Positions 42,001-57,000 are shown, counted from the first letter of the stretch. The stretch is DNA of 64,000 nt from Candidatus Omnitrophota bacterium (GCA_044225175.1 JBGAJA010000002.1:216949-280948); one strand, 5' to 3'. Made by a program: numbers and translations. The notes: generated by a model from the sequence alone, not told the origin.

Positions 42001-45000
42001 GTAGTTTTATTCTCTTCGCAGCGTCCGCAAGGCTTCAATAATCGCCCGACACCGCATAGTCAAACAGCAACTCAATCATCTAACAGTGAGTCGTACAAGG
42101 ATTGGAGGCTGTATGAAAGTAAGCCAACCCTAGAAAGTGTTAAAGAGATATTTGCATTAGCAGCCGATTTCTTAAGAAAGCACAATGACCCCAACATGAA
42201 TCTTGTAGATGAATATTTGGAGTATGTCCGGTCTGCTCGCGCAACAGATGGCATATATCTAGGTAAGATATTTGATCCGGACAAGAATGATATTCAAATT
42301 TATATTAATCCAGAAGCAGTTCAGCAGAGTTTTGTGGAAGCGCAAGATCATCAATCGGAATCCTTATTTGTTCAAAATATAGTTTCTCAAGTCGAACGTG
42401 AAGCCATAGGCCTTAGATTTTATAAAGATTTTCCTGAAGTATTGAAAATCAGCGCTCCTGTTGAAGAGGTCATGCTGCACGGAAGTGAAATTCTCCCAAA
42501 TATCGAAGCTTTACAGGAATTTTCTTATGACAATCGAGACATTATTCGAGGTGCTGTAACTCTAAAGTATGCTTTGGAATTCTTTGAACTGACCCACAAA
42601 TTAGATATGCTTGCTTGGGCAGAAAAGCAAGGCTTCTATTCTCCTGTCCAGACAGAGGAGAGTCATACATTTTATGACCATTATGTCATGAGGGACCAGA
42701 AGAAGGACTTATTTGCCCGCCAAACCAGTCAATATTTCAAAGAGGACATAGAGCTTCTATTAAGAAGGAAGAACTCTTTTGACCAAAGTAATTTTATCTT
42801 AATGGAATATGCTTTAGCCCAGCAGATGAGGTATGAAAAGACAAATGGCCAGGAAGGCTTCAATCCTCATTTAGAACAAGTATTACTAGGCAATGCAAAA
42901 GAAACAGAGCAGGATAAAAAAGATTTAAGAAAAGCCTGGGATGAAATTTATCCGGAAGTTCAAAACTTAGTAGATCAATGGAATGCAAAGATCAATCAAC
43001 CTACACCCAAACCCTCAGGTCATGGAATGTTAATGAACTTTACAGGCATGAGGTCCTGGATATTTGGATTAGGCTTGATCATTGTACTGTCTTTGTGGGT
43101 ATTTGGCACTCGGGGAGCATTGTTTAGGGAGTCAGACTTCAAGCCAATCAAAGTTTTATTAAGTGCAGCAGTTACACCAGGTTTTTTATTAATTATCTTA
43201 ACTACAACCGCTTCTTTCATTGCTTCCTTCTTAGGCTTTCAACGCGCCTATCTTGCAATTTTTATCATCCCAGGCGTAATGTATTTTTTACCTAAAATCT
43301 ATTTCTTTATGATGGGATATTATGTCCTAAAAGGTGAGGACCAAGGAGACATCAGAATTAGGTTTAGAAAACTAAATAAGGATCAATACCAACCGCAAAG
43401 CCCCAATAAGTTAGTTTCTTTAGCCATAAAAGATACCCATCTTAGAAACAGAAGCAGGATGACTGTGGTTGTTCCAAGCAGTATGGCGACGCAAGCAGAG
43501 TTGGAGACCATTCCAGAGGCCATATCTTCAGGACTAAAAGTCAAAGTTGTGCCTCATCGTCCAGGTTTATTAAAATGGAGTGTGTTTGGTTTGATAACAG
43601 CGTTCTTTTTAACTCTAGGCTCCTATATGTATTATCAAGGTCAATTATGGAGTGTGCTTCAACTGCGGATTCTGCAAGCCCAGACACAAGTTTACATGGA
43701 TGGTAGAGTTGAAGATAATTTGCGAAGACAAATCAGATACGAGTTTAAAGCCTACAGATCATTGAATTCTTCAAATAGAGAAGGGCAAGAACAAATCACA
43801 TTAATTAAGAATATATTAAGACTCAACGACGTATATTTAATTTGCAATATCTTGGCAGAGATTTCTTCTTCTGACCGTCGTCATTATCAAAAAGAACTGG
43901 AATGTTTACTGGATGATGATCGACATACGGCAAATACCTCTTTGCTTCATCTACGCATAAGAGACTTGGCTTTACAAAAAATGGCATATAACCAAACTGC
44001 AGCAGCGGTCATTATTGCTCATCTTCCAGAATGGAATGACCCTCAAAAAGATTGGCATACCCGTTTATTGGCTTTCCATATCCTATCAACGACCATGTCC
44101 GCCACGGATACTCAAACCATCGAAATTATGGCAGGTATGATTAATACAGGGTTAAAAGAAAACTATCCAGAAGGTTATATAACCCAAGGTCGAAATCTTA
44201 ATTTTAATGGCCATCCGTATCTTCCTGTGAATGAACCCTCCGTCATACTCTTAGAGGCGGTATTACATAAGAATCCGCAGCTTTTATATGATTCATCCAA
44301 TGATGTTCCTGAGGAATTAAAGGGAATCTGGAGGATTAATCGTCAGGACGATAGCTTACAGCCATACATTGTTCAATCCATATCCCGGCTTTTCGAACAT
44401 TTTCTAAAAGAAGGAAATGATCGAGCTATCAATGCTCTTGTAGATATTCTCAAAGGCCGTCAAGACCTAGTTAACGCTATGCTTGAGAACATTCAAGACC
44501 AGAAGAACCAAAGAATTATCAGAGAGAAATTTGATGCTACACAAGAAAAGGCCGCTAGGGTGGGTATGGCATTTATGTCTGCCAGTGGCGCACCTATTCT
44601 TCTAGCACAGGCCCCTTCCACCAATGCCTTCACTGCTTTTTCTTGGCTAGATATAGTTGCTGCTATAGGAGCCGTGATGTTATTGGGCCTCATCATTAAA
44701 GTCTTGTATGAAAACTATCACCTGCGGACGGTCAAAGTCGATGCATTTCAATTCAGTGCCTATATGGGTGAAAGTATAAGTGAAAGCGTGATTTTAATGA
44801 TGGTAGGGATTGTTTTATGGCTGATTAATGTGTCTCAACTATTACTGGTTTTCTTAGGCATCTTAAACAGTATTTTATTGGGTAATCTATTTCCTCTCAT
44901 TCAGGCTTATGGCGTGATATTAGGAGGTTCTTTTGTGGGACGAATCATTATTACCTGGTTCGAATACCAAATTAAACATACTACTGGAATTGATAAATTA

Positions 45001-48000
45001 TTTGCGATGTATAGAGAACAAGGGATTATTTCAGCCCAAGACAGACCGCAGGCATTTGTGTATTCAAGAAACTTTACAAAAGTCCGATTATATTTAAATA
45101 ACCCAAGCTTTCTCTTTAAAGTTTTTGCATTTCTTTCTGTCCCACCTTTATATGTAGGAACGATTAGATGTAAGAAAGAAGAACCGGCTGTTAGGTTGAT
45201 GGATCCAACAGATAAACTCAGCATGAGACGGGGAGCAAGTCCTTCTCTATTTATAGTTTTCATGGCAGGAATATTTTCTGTTGGAATGATGGGCACGATC
45301 GGAGTAATCATTATATGTTCGCTGATTCTAGCTGGGATTGGGATTTTGATAGTCAAGAGGATCAAAAGAAATGTTCTTCCCGCGCAAGGTTCCAACATCC
45401 TAGTATTTAATCCCCACGGAATCAATCCTATCGGCTTAGAGTTTACGGATTGGCTCATTAAAATCAAAAAGGATAGAAGCACAGTTAGCTTAAGCCCTGG
45501 CCATTTGGGTCTTTTTGATTTGGGCGGACTTGTTGTCCGAAGACCAGGAAGGTTTGAAAGTTTCAAAAAGATTAAGTTTATAACTCACAAATTTCTTCCC
45601 AAGCCTCAACTCCAGGGGTTGACAGGAAAGATGACAAGTAAGCCTGAGGAAATCGTCTATTTTTCAAGTTTGACAGGAGAAGAGCAAGAAGAGAGAGCCA
45701 TTGATATATTTGCGGATATTGCCAATATTGCTTATCTAGCTGACATTGCCAAGAGATTTGGGATTAAGAAATTCTATTATTATGTTCCTGTCATCAAACA
45801 ATCAACATTGTTGACAAGGCAAGTGATAGCTTTAGCTGCCGGTATTATTAAACATGATCGTTCTGTCCATATTGTTGAATTTAATCGTCTAGAAAAGTCC
45901 TTGGCGTCCCAAGGCTATCATCTTAAGCCAGTCACCAAAAAAAGGTATCCTGCCGATATAAAACATGATTCTGAAAAGGAACGTGTATTTGATTTCTTGG
46001 CAAGGATATCTACGATCGGATTAGATGAGCGCTTAGTCCAGCGTATCACTAAGGCACTTTTGGATGCAAAGATTAAAGAAGACTTTGGCTCAAGACATGC
46101 TCTTAATAAAGATAAGATCAAATGGTTTTCCCTTGAAAGCTATTTACCTGTCTTTGCTTTTTTAAAGAAGGCAGACCAAAACCTCCTTGATCTTCTTTTC
46201 AAACGCTGGATGCAATTCCATCAAAGTCATGGCAACCTCTTTGCAGAAACATCCCGTGGGTTCGATCTGCATAATATTCTAGATAAATCTGTGTTTAGCT
46301 GGATCAGTAAAGACCCTCCAGCAAACTCTTTTGTCTATCTTTATAAAGGGATCGACAGTGCAAGCAGGTATCAAATCCGTCCTCTCAGAGAACAGTCTCC
46401 TGTAAGTATGGATGATATGAAGTTTGTTGATGAAAGGGCAAAAGTAAAGAAAGCCATGGCCTTGATTGAACGAAGGATTAGGACAAAGATGAGGGAAGTC
46501 AATCGAATTGAAGGAGACAATGAAAGGCAAAGTAGGTTAAGAAGATACTATGGTGCCCATCATTTAATCTTGGATCAATTGACGATTATTGGAATTGATA
46601 GTCCTTTGCCATTGGTCTTTTGTGACATGGACCGTATGGTGGCCCGCATCATTCACTTAGGCCGTCATCGTTTAGTCACATATTTTCCTCTTAAGTTTAT
46701 TCAAAACAGCTCTATTGAAGAACTAGCAGACATGATTTATTACAGCATTGATTGGTTGACCACATTTCATAGACATAGACAAGATCAGCATTTCTTTGAA
46801 CAAACAGGAATAAAACCATCCGGTCATATGGATCCTATTATTTGGGACCCAGAACCCATTGCTGACATTAGATTACAGGAAATACTAAGTAAGCGAGGGG
46901 AAGTTTTTTATGGTCCTAAGAAAAGCAATCGATTTGGTGTTTCTTTTGAGCACCTCCAGGCTAAGATCTATAGCTTAATGGAAGACCATTTGAAGCAAAG
47001 ATACACATTGTTGCGCCGCCTCGTGGAACAATATAAGGAATCTCAAAATGGCATGCAGAGATATTTCCTTGAATTCGCTCAAGAAGGTCTATTCAGCGAT
47101 CAATTCCAGAATAGATCCAAATCAATCGCTACTCAAAATCGAGATGTTGCCAATGCTCTTTTAGGGCTAGGATATGTGACAACCGCAGATCGTTTGTACA
47201 CCAATGCACTGGCCATTGATAATTATTTAGTGATGGGAGCTAATGGTATCCAACCCACCGATACGCTTATCAGACATTTGTTTCACTTTTTGTATCACGG
47301 ACAATGGCAGAAATGTCTCAATACGTTTGAAACGTTATATTGGGGAAAGAATTATCTTGTCCGTTTTAATGGGCAGATTGTGAAAATCAACCTTCGCTGT
47401 CCTCCCACAAGTATTAATGGAGTACCCGTGGATGAAAAAATGAGGGAAGACTGGTATGCGCAGCTGGGGTATTCGATCTTTAGTAATAGAGATATTTTGG
47501 ATACTTTCTTAAGAAAGGCATATGACGTTTTAGACACATTTGGTTATATTTACTCGGATGATCCAAAACAATTGAAATTGATGGATGATTTTAAAATACA
47601 GTTACTCGAAAGTATTAAGCGTTGGATGTTATTAGCGCAAAGAGGGGAACTGGTGGGTGATAAACCTACAGAATCCGATCCTAATGTCACTATCATGCCC
47701 CCCCCTGTTGTTAAAAGATTACACGATCTTAAGAATGGTAAATCAAAAAAGGTATCCCATAGAAGAGGTCATGTATTGACCCCATGGTTGATGGGAAGTT
47801 TAATTGCTGCATTGGTTTTAGTGATTGTCCGTGCCGTTGTTCAAAAACGACGTTTATTAAACCATTTGAATCTTGCTCGTAATGAAGCTCTCCTGCGTGA
47901 ACAATTAGTTTTCAAATTACGCTCTCAAATCAGCCAAGAAGAAGCCTTCAAGTTAGGACCTATCTTAAAATCCTGGAATTTCTGGGATGATCCATCACCT

Positions 48001-51000
48001 TTAGAACACCATGTGTATTGGTGGAACTACTCTATGCGAGACGCTGTACTAGTGTTTTTACATGGAGATCTAGTTGGAGCATATTCTTTTAGATATGACA
48101 CAGCGGATTCCCCTGAAGATGCGTATGGGGAAGGTATTTTTGTGGTGGATTATTTAAGAGAGATGGGCATAGGGCGAATGCTAAGATGGCATCTTTTAAA
48201 TTATTTGAAAGAAAATAGCATTAAATATTTCAATATCCGAAGACCAAGACAAACTTTGGAAGCACAAGGTTTTCACTCCGCTTTAATTAAAGAATTAAAC
48301 TCTCATGAACGAGGTGTTAATTATGATGCGGACGCCCAGCCTCAGGAAATCAAAGTCCTTTTAGAACAATATGCTTTAAGGGATGTGTCGACTATACAAC
48401 CATATTTCCCTCCACGAAAACAATATAAAGATAACCCCATGGAACGTGTAATTCTCAGCACTCCGTCGTTTTATCATGAAGCCGTGGCCAGAGAATTTGC
48501 CCAAAGCCGTCGTTATCCAGCTTGGATTGCCAGTGCTGCAGTTTGCAACCATCCTTATATTTACCTGCCCTTGGTCCAAAAGATGTATGAGCGATTGGGA
48601 AATTTACGAGGTCGGACAGTGGCTGAGCTTGGCTGTGGTTCCGCCGTGGGAGTTGAAATCTTTAGAAGGATTGCGGATGCCTATGTGGTTGGGTTTGACT
48701 CTTATGAACCCTTTGTCAATTTTGCTCAATCCCATGGTTTGCCCGTCGTCCATAGTGACTTGATCTCTATGCCCGCGGATTCCGAAGAAAAATTTGAAGT
48801 AACATTCTCAGCTCGTCTTTTGGATGTGTTGTGTGTTTTTATCGATGGTGAACCAATAGAACTATTGCATCCACAGAAATTACGAACGCTTAAAACGATT
48901 GAGCGCATGACCAAAGGAAATGGACTCAGCATCCATCAAACCGAATACCCGATTCCTTTTAGCGATTCTGAAATAGAATCTACAGGTTTTCGCATCGAAG
49001 AAATCAATGAAGAACGAACATTAATGGTCCTTTACAAGCCTCTTGTTTCTACACACTGCATATTTATTTGTTCTTGTGGGATGTTAGTGTTAGCTGGAAT
49101 CACCCAAGATACTTGGCTGGCCAAGATTTCTCTTCTAGTCATGGTCGTGGGAGGGTTATTCGCCTATGTATTTTCAGCCCCCTCATCTTTCCAAACACCT
49201 ACTTCTGTTCAAGATTCAACAGAGCAGTTAATCAATGATTTAAATGGATTTAATGCAGAAAACTATTGGCAGCAAGCCAAAGATCTCCTCCAGCGACAAG
49301 AAATTTCATCAGAGACGAATAAAATACAAAAAATATATAAATCTATTCTAAGAGTCATGGTCATCATGGGAGTGGGTATTGGATTTGCTTTTTTATACGG
49401 AGGAATAATGATTTTTGTTGGTCCAATACCTGCACATAAGACAGCCTATATTCTTTTTACTCTTCTTTATGCGGCATTGATGGTTGTCCTTATTTCTAGG
49501 TTCTATATATGGATGGACATATGGGAATCCAGCATATCTCGATACCCTAATAATAAATTAAAAGCAATTCAAGAGCATAATCTTATCGTGATTAGAGAGT
49601 TGCAAGGTCGATTTGAAATAATCAGTACATTTTTGGATAATCCAAAAAACAGAGAGGTTTTAGAAGCCTTTAGGCTTTTATTGCAACGTGTAAATTTGAT
49701 CATTCGGCAGGATAAAGAATATGGAACTGCAACGATTTCAGAATACATAAGAAACATGCTGTCACAAGTAGAGGCTTTAGAAATAGTAATCCAAACTAAA
49801 CGTGCATGTGGCAAGGGAAATGATCGAAAGAGCGGGGTAGACCCTCAACCTTCGGAGTTTGTCAAACAGATGCATCAAGCATTAAATTCAATAGGCGCCA
49901 CAGTCCAGCTTAGTGATTTGAATGAAAGTCCTGAGGTCATTAGTTTTGTTGGAAGGCTTTTGTTGGACTACTTGGCAAATCTTTCAAAATACAGCGCTCT
50001 ACCCCCTGATTTAGTAAAATATGGCACGCTGCGTACAGTTTTGACTACACTTTTTAATCATTCCTCTGACTACCCAGATTTTCAGGATCTTCTCAAAGAA
50101 TTAAAGCAGTTAATCGATTCTCATTTAAAATCCATCAGCTTTTTAAACCTTTTTGGGTTACCTAGAGAAGAATTACTCAGAATCGTAAAATTGAGTATTT
50201 CTACCCATGAGCTTCGAAAAGAACTAGGGGTCCAGGATATGGAGGAAACAAAGCTTTGGCAAATGTTTGCTGGGATTATTCAAGAAATTCTAAGAGATAC
50301 CTTTCCAGTGCTGTATGTCACCAATAAGCAATTAAAAGATTTGTTACTTCAGATACAGGAGAACAAACCTCTAGAGCAACCGGTTGCCTTTGACACCCGC
50401 CTAGAGAATTTGCTGAAAGATCGCTTGAGTCCTTTGACTATCTTGAATACAAGTTTCCTAAGGACCATTCGTGAAACACTAGTCCAATATGGTTATCTTC
50501 CTGAGCCATATGGCGTGGTAAATATGCTTAGAACGAACTGTTTTTATAAGCTTCCACAATTGGGGAATAGTAATCAGCAAAAATTGTTACGGTCATTAGA
50601 AGGAAAAGGATTTGGAAAGATACGTATTTCATTCAAATTTCAAAATCAACCGGTTAATAACATTGGTCTTCTTTGGGAGAAATTAGAAAACATACAAAAC
50701 ATTTGGCTCGTTTGGGTGGGCCAAGATGAACAAGGGGACATTTATCATGCCCCAAGTGCGGAGGAATTAAATGAGATTCCTACCGATAGACTGATTTTAT
50801 TAAAAGATGTACCCAATAAAGAAAAAGCATGGGTAGGTGCAAAATCAGAGGAAAAACCATTATTACCTCCTCAAGGCAGAGCAGTAGCAGTGTCCGAGGA
50901 CGTTGTCAAAATCGGCTTTGAAATGGAAGTTCCTGAGCGATTAAAGAAGGTTTGGGAAGCTATTCGAGATCTCTTGGTCCAAAACCCTAGACGAGATATT

Positions 51001-54000
51001 ACAGTGCAATTGATTTCCCAGAGAATGACAGAGTTGGGAGAGTCAATGACTGAAGAAGCCCTTCAACTGTGGCTGCATCAATCGAAGGGAGCTCCAGCCG
51101 TAGCCCAAGTTGTTTCACTCATTAATTCCATCAAAGACAAAGAAGGACGTTTAAGACTCTTTATTGCTCTCAACGAAGAGTTTCTGCAATTATCGGATTC
51201 ACACATCACAAGTCTTTTGGCTGATAGTGAGGATGCAACCCTATCAATGGACAGTCTGCGTAAGCAAATAAAGGCCAAGCTTTCAAATCACCCTATTACT
51301 TCGGAAGACAAGAAGTTAGCAAAGATATTTCTGAGATTGAGCTGGGCGGCCAGATTGGAATTTATGGGGCATAACAATAACGGAGCTGTATCAGGTATAT
51401 CTGCAACTAAAGATCCCTTGGCGCTTCTTCGCAGTGAAGTAGAAGTCTTACAAAGCAGTGGATTAAATGATTCTGGAAGACTAATGAATGTCCTCCATAG
51501 GCTTATTTCTTTGGTTGGCGAGAATAGTGTCATCGACATGATTGGAACGGTAGCGGAATTATTAATCAAAGAATATGAAGAACATGATTTTGACAGCTTA
51601 ATTGATGTTTTAAGGAAGGCCCATGGAAAAACTGCGGGTAAAATCATTGCTTTGATTCTCCTGAGAGGGACAGCTTTGAATCAAATACGCATGATAGACA
51701 CCCTTAAAGAATCGAACTCTCAAATTAATGGCTTGGTCTTTTTGGTAGGGAAATTAAGAGAATTACAGAGTTATATTGAGCTTAAGTCATCTAAGTTTAT
51801 TGTAAAGAATGAGGGACATGCAGATTGTACAAGACCGGGGGTATATAAATTTGGACAAACAACTGCTCAACAGGCAGAAAGCCTTTTTGGTAGAGCTCAT
51901 CGTGCGGCAGAGATAGGTCATAAGGAAAACATTGCAGAAGCTAAGAGTATTGAAGATGCTTTGATTAATCGAGGTCTTGAAGATATTAAGAAGATATTGA
52001 AATATGTTCAGGTCATTTTAGAGACAATCGTTGATCAAGAAGCAAGGGTAACACAGACATCTTTAGTTTTGGAGTCATATATTGGATTTGCTGTTTTGTT
52101 TCAGAAATTAGAACGTCCCCTTCAAGAAATCAATGATATTTTGAAAATTGCCTTTGAACTTATTAACCATTCGCATCACAGCTTGTATCAATCAAGTGCA
52201 AACCCCATTTTTAACCAACATACGGATCTTGCAAGCAAGGCTTTTGAAGATGATGGACCTTTAGCAAAAGAGATAGTCATTCGTTGTTATTTGCTAACGC
52301 AAAAATATACATTCTTGCCTGTGGAACAAAAGATATTGGGAAGTTTATTGATTAAGGCCGGATTGACCCAGGAAGCTTTACAGTTAATGGCAGTTATATC
52401 TCCAACACCGCAGCCTGAAGACCCAAGATCTATTATTAGAAGAAAAATAGGAAAACTTAAGAGTGCCTTGGAAGAAATAGATTTAAGAAATTTCTCTACC
52501 CCAGACACGTTTGATGCGCATGTTCATTCCTTAGTTCAAAAATTATTGTCAGATGTTCATTGGAACCCGGGGTTTGATGAGGCTAAAGAATTTTCTACTT
52601 GGCTAGAGGAATTTCAGCGCCAAGGACGGGAACTAATTAGAAAGCGCAATGACCACCATAAGACCGGAAAAATCCAAGAATTAATCAGAAGTGGCCAAGA
52701 AAGAATAGATAGGGCTTCCAGAAGAACTCAGAACATGGATGAGTTTATCACAATCGTGGATGCTATCAGGGCAGAGTTCGTTTCAGACCTAGAACGCACT
52801 GAGATCCAAGAATTTCTACAAAAGATCCCAACTATTAAAGTCGATAAAGCTATCACAGAAAGCCGAAGAAGAATCCAAGAAATTCGTCCTGGAAGATTTA
52901 AGAGTCCGGTTGAATTTGAACAAGCAGTTAGAGGAAGAGTTTTACCTTTTGTTGGTGCTAATTTGGAACATCCTCATGTCATTATATTTACTGGGGAAGT
53001 TGAGCAATACATCATTCAAGGAAAAGATAGGATCACAACTCATCAAGAGACGGCAAAGCGTTTACATTTAGAAGGACAAATTAGAGCTTCTTCTCAAAGG
53101 GCTAGAAATATTAATCCTAAGAATTTTGAATTTATAGCACAGTATGAAAGAAAAATGATTTATGTCATATCGTCGCGGGTCCGAGAAGAATCTCAGATTA
53201 AAGAATTAATTCAAAAGCTTTTAGAACAAGCGAGACCCCATTTCGAAGAGATCTATCGGGCTAAACAACAGAAACAAATTAGAAATACTCATGTTTTGCA
53301 AGAAACCAGCCGGCGTCTGTTAAATGCTGCCCGGGAGAATATAATTCGGGCCAGAGAAAGACTGGAATCTTTGGCCCAGAAACTGGAAGAAAGAAAAAGT
53401 CATCAAGAGAAAGTGTCTTTGGCATTTCAACGCCTGCATGAGAATGCTTCAAAGATTATCGAGAATAAATTGATGAATACTATGGAGTCGATGGATGTGC
53501 TTAAGGCCGCTATGGAAGAAGGTATTTCTGAGGAAGTCCGTATACTTCCCGCATTTGCAGATGTATCCAACCAAAAAATGCAAGAGATCAAAGACAAAGT
53601 TGTCTCAGACACATTGATTGTCATTGCAAATTTTGATCCTAGAAGATATATCAACACAGATGATTATCAAAAGGCCTTAGAAGCAAATGTTCCAAAGATT
53701 GTTTGGGACGTTCCTCATTTGTACGCAGCATGGGAAGAAAAATTAGAAAATGGAGCACGGTTAATTGAACAAAACACCAAAGGAACCATAGAAAGTGTTT
53801 TAAGATTTGTATGGAAAGATTTAATTAGTGGAAATTTCAGAGGTGAACCAAGGAGCTTTATAGAAAACAAACTTCAATTATTAATGTGGCATCCAGATAC
53901 TCAAAGACTAATCGGGGAGACTTTAGAGAGCTATTACACACGTCAAGGGCAGCAAACTCAGCCTAATTCCCAAGCTCCACCTTTTGAACAAATTGAAGAA

Positions 54001-57000
54001 ATATCTGTAACTTCACCTGCTGAACAACTACCTCAAGAGACCAGCCGAGATCCAGATCAATCGATAGATGAAGCTATCATCTGTGACAAAATTAAAGAGA
54101 TGGAATCGCTAAGAAAAATTGCTAAAAACCATCGAGATATTGAATTTATTAAAGGAATGTTACGAGATCTTACAGCACAGACCAGTTCAATGTCTCTTTC
54201 TAAGAAAACAAGAAAGCTCATTCATATGCTTCGAAAAAAAATTGATTCAGCTCGAGGGATTCCTGGTCAACAACATCCAAGTAGGAATGATGTGGATTAT
54301 GAGATATGGCGCATTGACACTGAAATCCCCGCCAGCGTAAGCATCATTAGGTTAGATGCACAAGATAAGTTTGCCCAAGGGGCAATTAAGGCGATTGCAT
54401 GGCTTAGGACTAATGGATTTATCGCGATGGCAGAAGTATTGGAACAGATATTGAAAGAAAATAATGTGGAGCGAGGCCCCTATAAAGGTTTCTTAGCAAC
54501 GACCCATTCTGTAGAAGCTCCTCGAGGCAATAGAGAGCTTTTCATCATGAAAATAAAATTATCAGATGCAGAAGAATATGCTCAATACTTAACTGTGGAT
54601 GAAATCGCCGCGAGTTTGATTCATGAAGTAGGTGCCCTTCCTCAGTTTGGTTTCTCGGATAGAGTCAATACCCAACGCCATCAAGATTTCTTAATGGAAA
54701 TTCGTCAAGGACGCTCTTTTTCTCTTTCACGAGCTTCAAGGAAAGAAGAATTACTCAAGAGCCTGCACTTCTTGTGGAGATATGTGGTTGCAGATAATGA
54801 AGCAGCGATCCAAAATGTTTTAAGTCAATGGAAAGAAAAGGGCTACAAAGTTGGGACATTCTGGCTGACAGGACGTGATGCAACGATGAACAAAGGCCAT
54901 GAAGGGACATTCTTTGCACATCCTAATAAGATCCTTCATGATTTAATCGTTTCAACATTGGATGCCCATTATGATCCAGCTCAAAAACCTTTAGCTCATT
55001 TTGCGCTTGCCATTGATGAGGTATTACGACGACCCAGAAATGTAAAATCCAGTTTTGCCTTGTGTGTTCTTGTGTTCGATGATCATGATGTGATCGTAGC
55101 TGTGATTGACAGTGAACAAGGCCTTAATATTAGCGATGAAATACAAAAAGAACGATCCAATGATGTTATTCAAAGTGCAGGACTAGGTATGGAACGGTTT
55201 TTAGAGCCCCATAGTAATAACGTGACAACGAGAATATCTTCTCAACTTCAAGTCTGGAAATCAGATCAAAATCGAACCTTCAACCGTTCTCAACAACAGC
55301 ACAATTTAATCTCTCAAGGTGTGTTATGGGACATGCAGCTTCTTTATGATTCTTTAATATTAAAAGTTGCTCTTACGCCACTGATCTTAGGATTTGGTAT
55401 TGCATGGATTGGTTTTGTTAAACTCATAAGCCTTAAGAGTCTTCTTATATCCATAGGTGGCGCTCTTTTTGTCCGTGCCGGAGGTGGAGTAGAACACCTG
55501 CATTTGTCTGCATCACTTCCTTCTATATTTACAATCGTTGTAATTGCTTTTGCTGCTTTTATGCTCATGGTCCTACCAGGCGACCAAGCCCCCGGGGCAA
55601 AACTTAAAAACAAACAAAACACTTTAAACAACCTCTTTGCAAAATCGAAACGTGATCTTGAGGCAATTTCAATGGATGATCCAAAGGAATTGATCAAAGA
55701 CCAGAATTGCTTAAAGATATTCCAAGAATTCATAGAAAAGATCCGATGGTCTTATTTATTGAGCTTAGCAAGAAAACCAGAAAACAAGGCCGCCCACTTT
55801 GAAGTCAACCAATACATGGCAGAATTAGTTTTAGAGATGCGAAAGGCTTTGATTAGTAGGTATCAAGAAGTGTTAAATAATTTAGATACTCAAAATTCAC
55901 TAGATAAAGAAGCTAGAAGGTCGATAGCCAGTGCCCTCGAATTGCAGATAAGAAAGCAAATGCATTTGATTGTGCCTGAACACATCGAGATTGCCGTTGC
56001 AGGAGATGAGGTGTTCTTCTTTTATAAAAAGATCATGGTTCGAGTATATTCAAAAGAGAAAGAACATCATCAAGAGCTGATTGAGCTTTTATTTGAGAAT
56101 AACAAGATTGAGTCTATTGCTGATGCAACGGATGCGATCAATGGGTATCAAATAAAAGTTTATGACATAGACCTTCAAATTAAAGTTGGGCTGCAATTAT
56201 TCTTAAAAACAAAGCTAGAAAGTTTCGAACAACAGATTTTAGATCAGTTGGAAAAATCTCAAAGTGAACCTAGGACAGAATCACCAGATCGGCATGATTT
56301 TGCTATCCAGGGATTTGCCTCGCTGCTTTTGACCAATCAAAATCTCAGAGTATTCTTTAAGAAAGCCTTAGGCAAATATTTTAAGCCATTGTTCCAGTGC
56401 ACCTTAAACATGAAAAGTATTTCACCTGAATTAAGAAAGAAAGCCTTAGCTGCAATTGGTGCTTATTTTCTTTTAAAGCCAGAGCAAGTACGACTTTCAG
56501 ATATGGATTCTGCAGAACATCTAGTATTTGATGGCTTTGCAGGGCAGGATGTTCCAGGACGATGGCAAGCCATGCCAGGACATGAAAAGGATAAATTGCC
56601 TGTTATCATCGTGATTACCCCTCAGATACCTGAAGGATTAACACAAACTATCCAAAGACATTTTAAGACCCATATTTTATATCTGAACATCACAGCAGTG
56701 ACTACCCAAGGAGTTGAATACAATAGCCTGGGGCACATAGAAAGTACTAATCTTCAATATGTGTTTAATCAATTAAAGCAACGTTTAGATGTTTTAAAAG
56801 ATGACAATGTTGTTATTGCTTCTGGACAATCAGCGGCATCTGCTCTTTTATGCATAAGAAAGGCATGGGACATTCTTCCTATGGCAATGAGATACAATGA
56901 TAGTTCGCTTATCTTGGATAATTTTATTGATGACTATCATACGTATCTAAGAAGAAAATTAAGAGAACTTGATGGGCTCATAGATGAAGAAACTGCAACG

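Noticed and set aside
44907-45566. 219-aa ORF on the minus strand, the longest in the supplied track
   Set aside because: It lies antisense to the uninterrupted + strand giant ORF in a TM-rich stretch. Its composition (S/P/L/I/R-rich, no motifs) is typical of a shadow ORF opposite a codon-biased gene. No RBS or other support.
54580-54680. HEVGA (LIHEVGALPQFGFSD) considered as a zincin motif
   Set aside because: The second His is absent (HExxA) and there is no supporting context. Judged a chance occurrence.
55344-55733. 129-aa ORF on the minus strand, plus the other 60-120-aa ORFs in the track on both strands
   Set aside because: All fall in frames other than the one carrying the unbroken giant ORF. 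They are short and lack recognisable motifs. They are best explained as chance ORFs overlapping the real gene.
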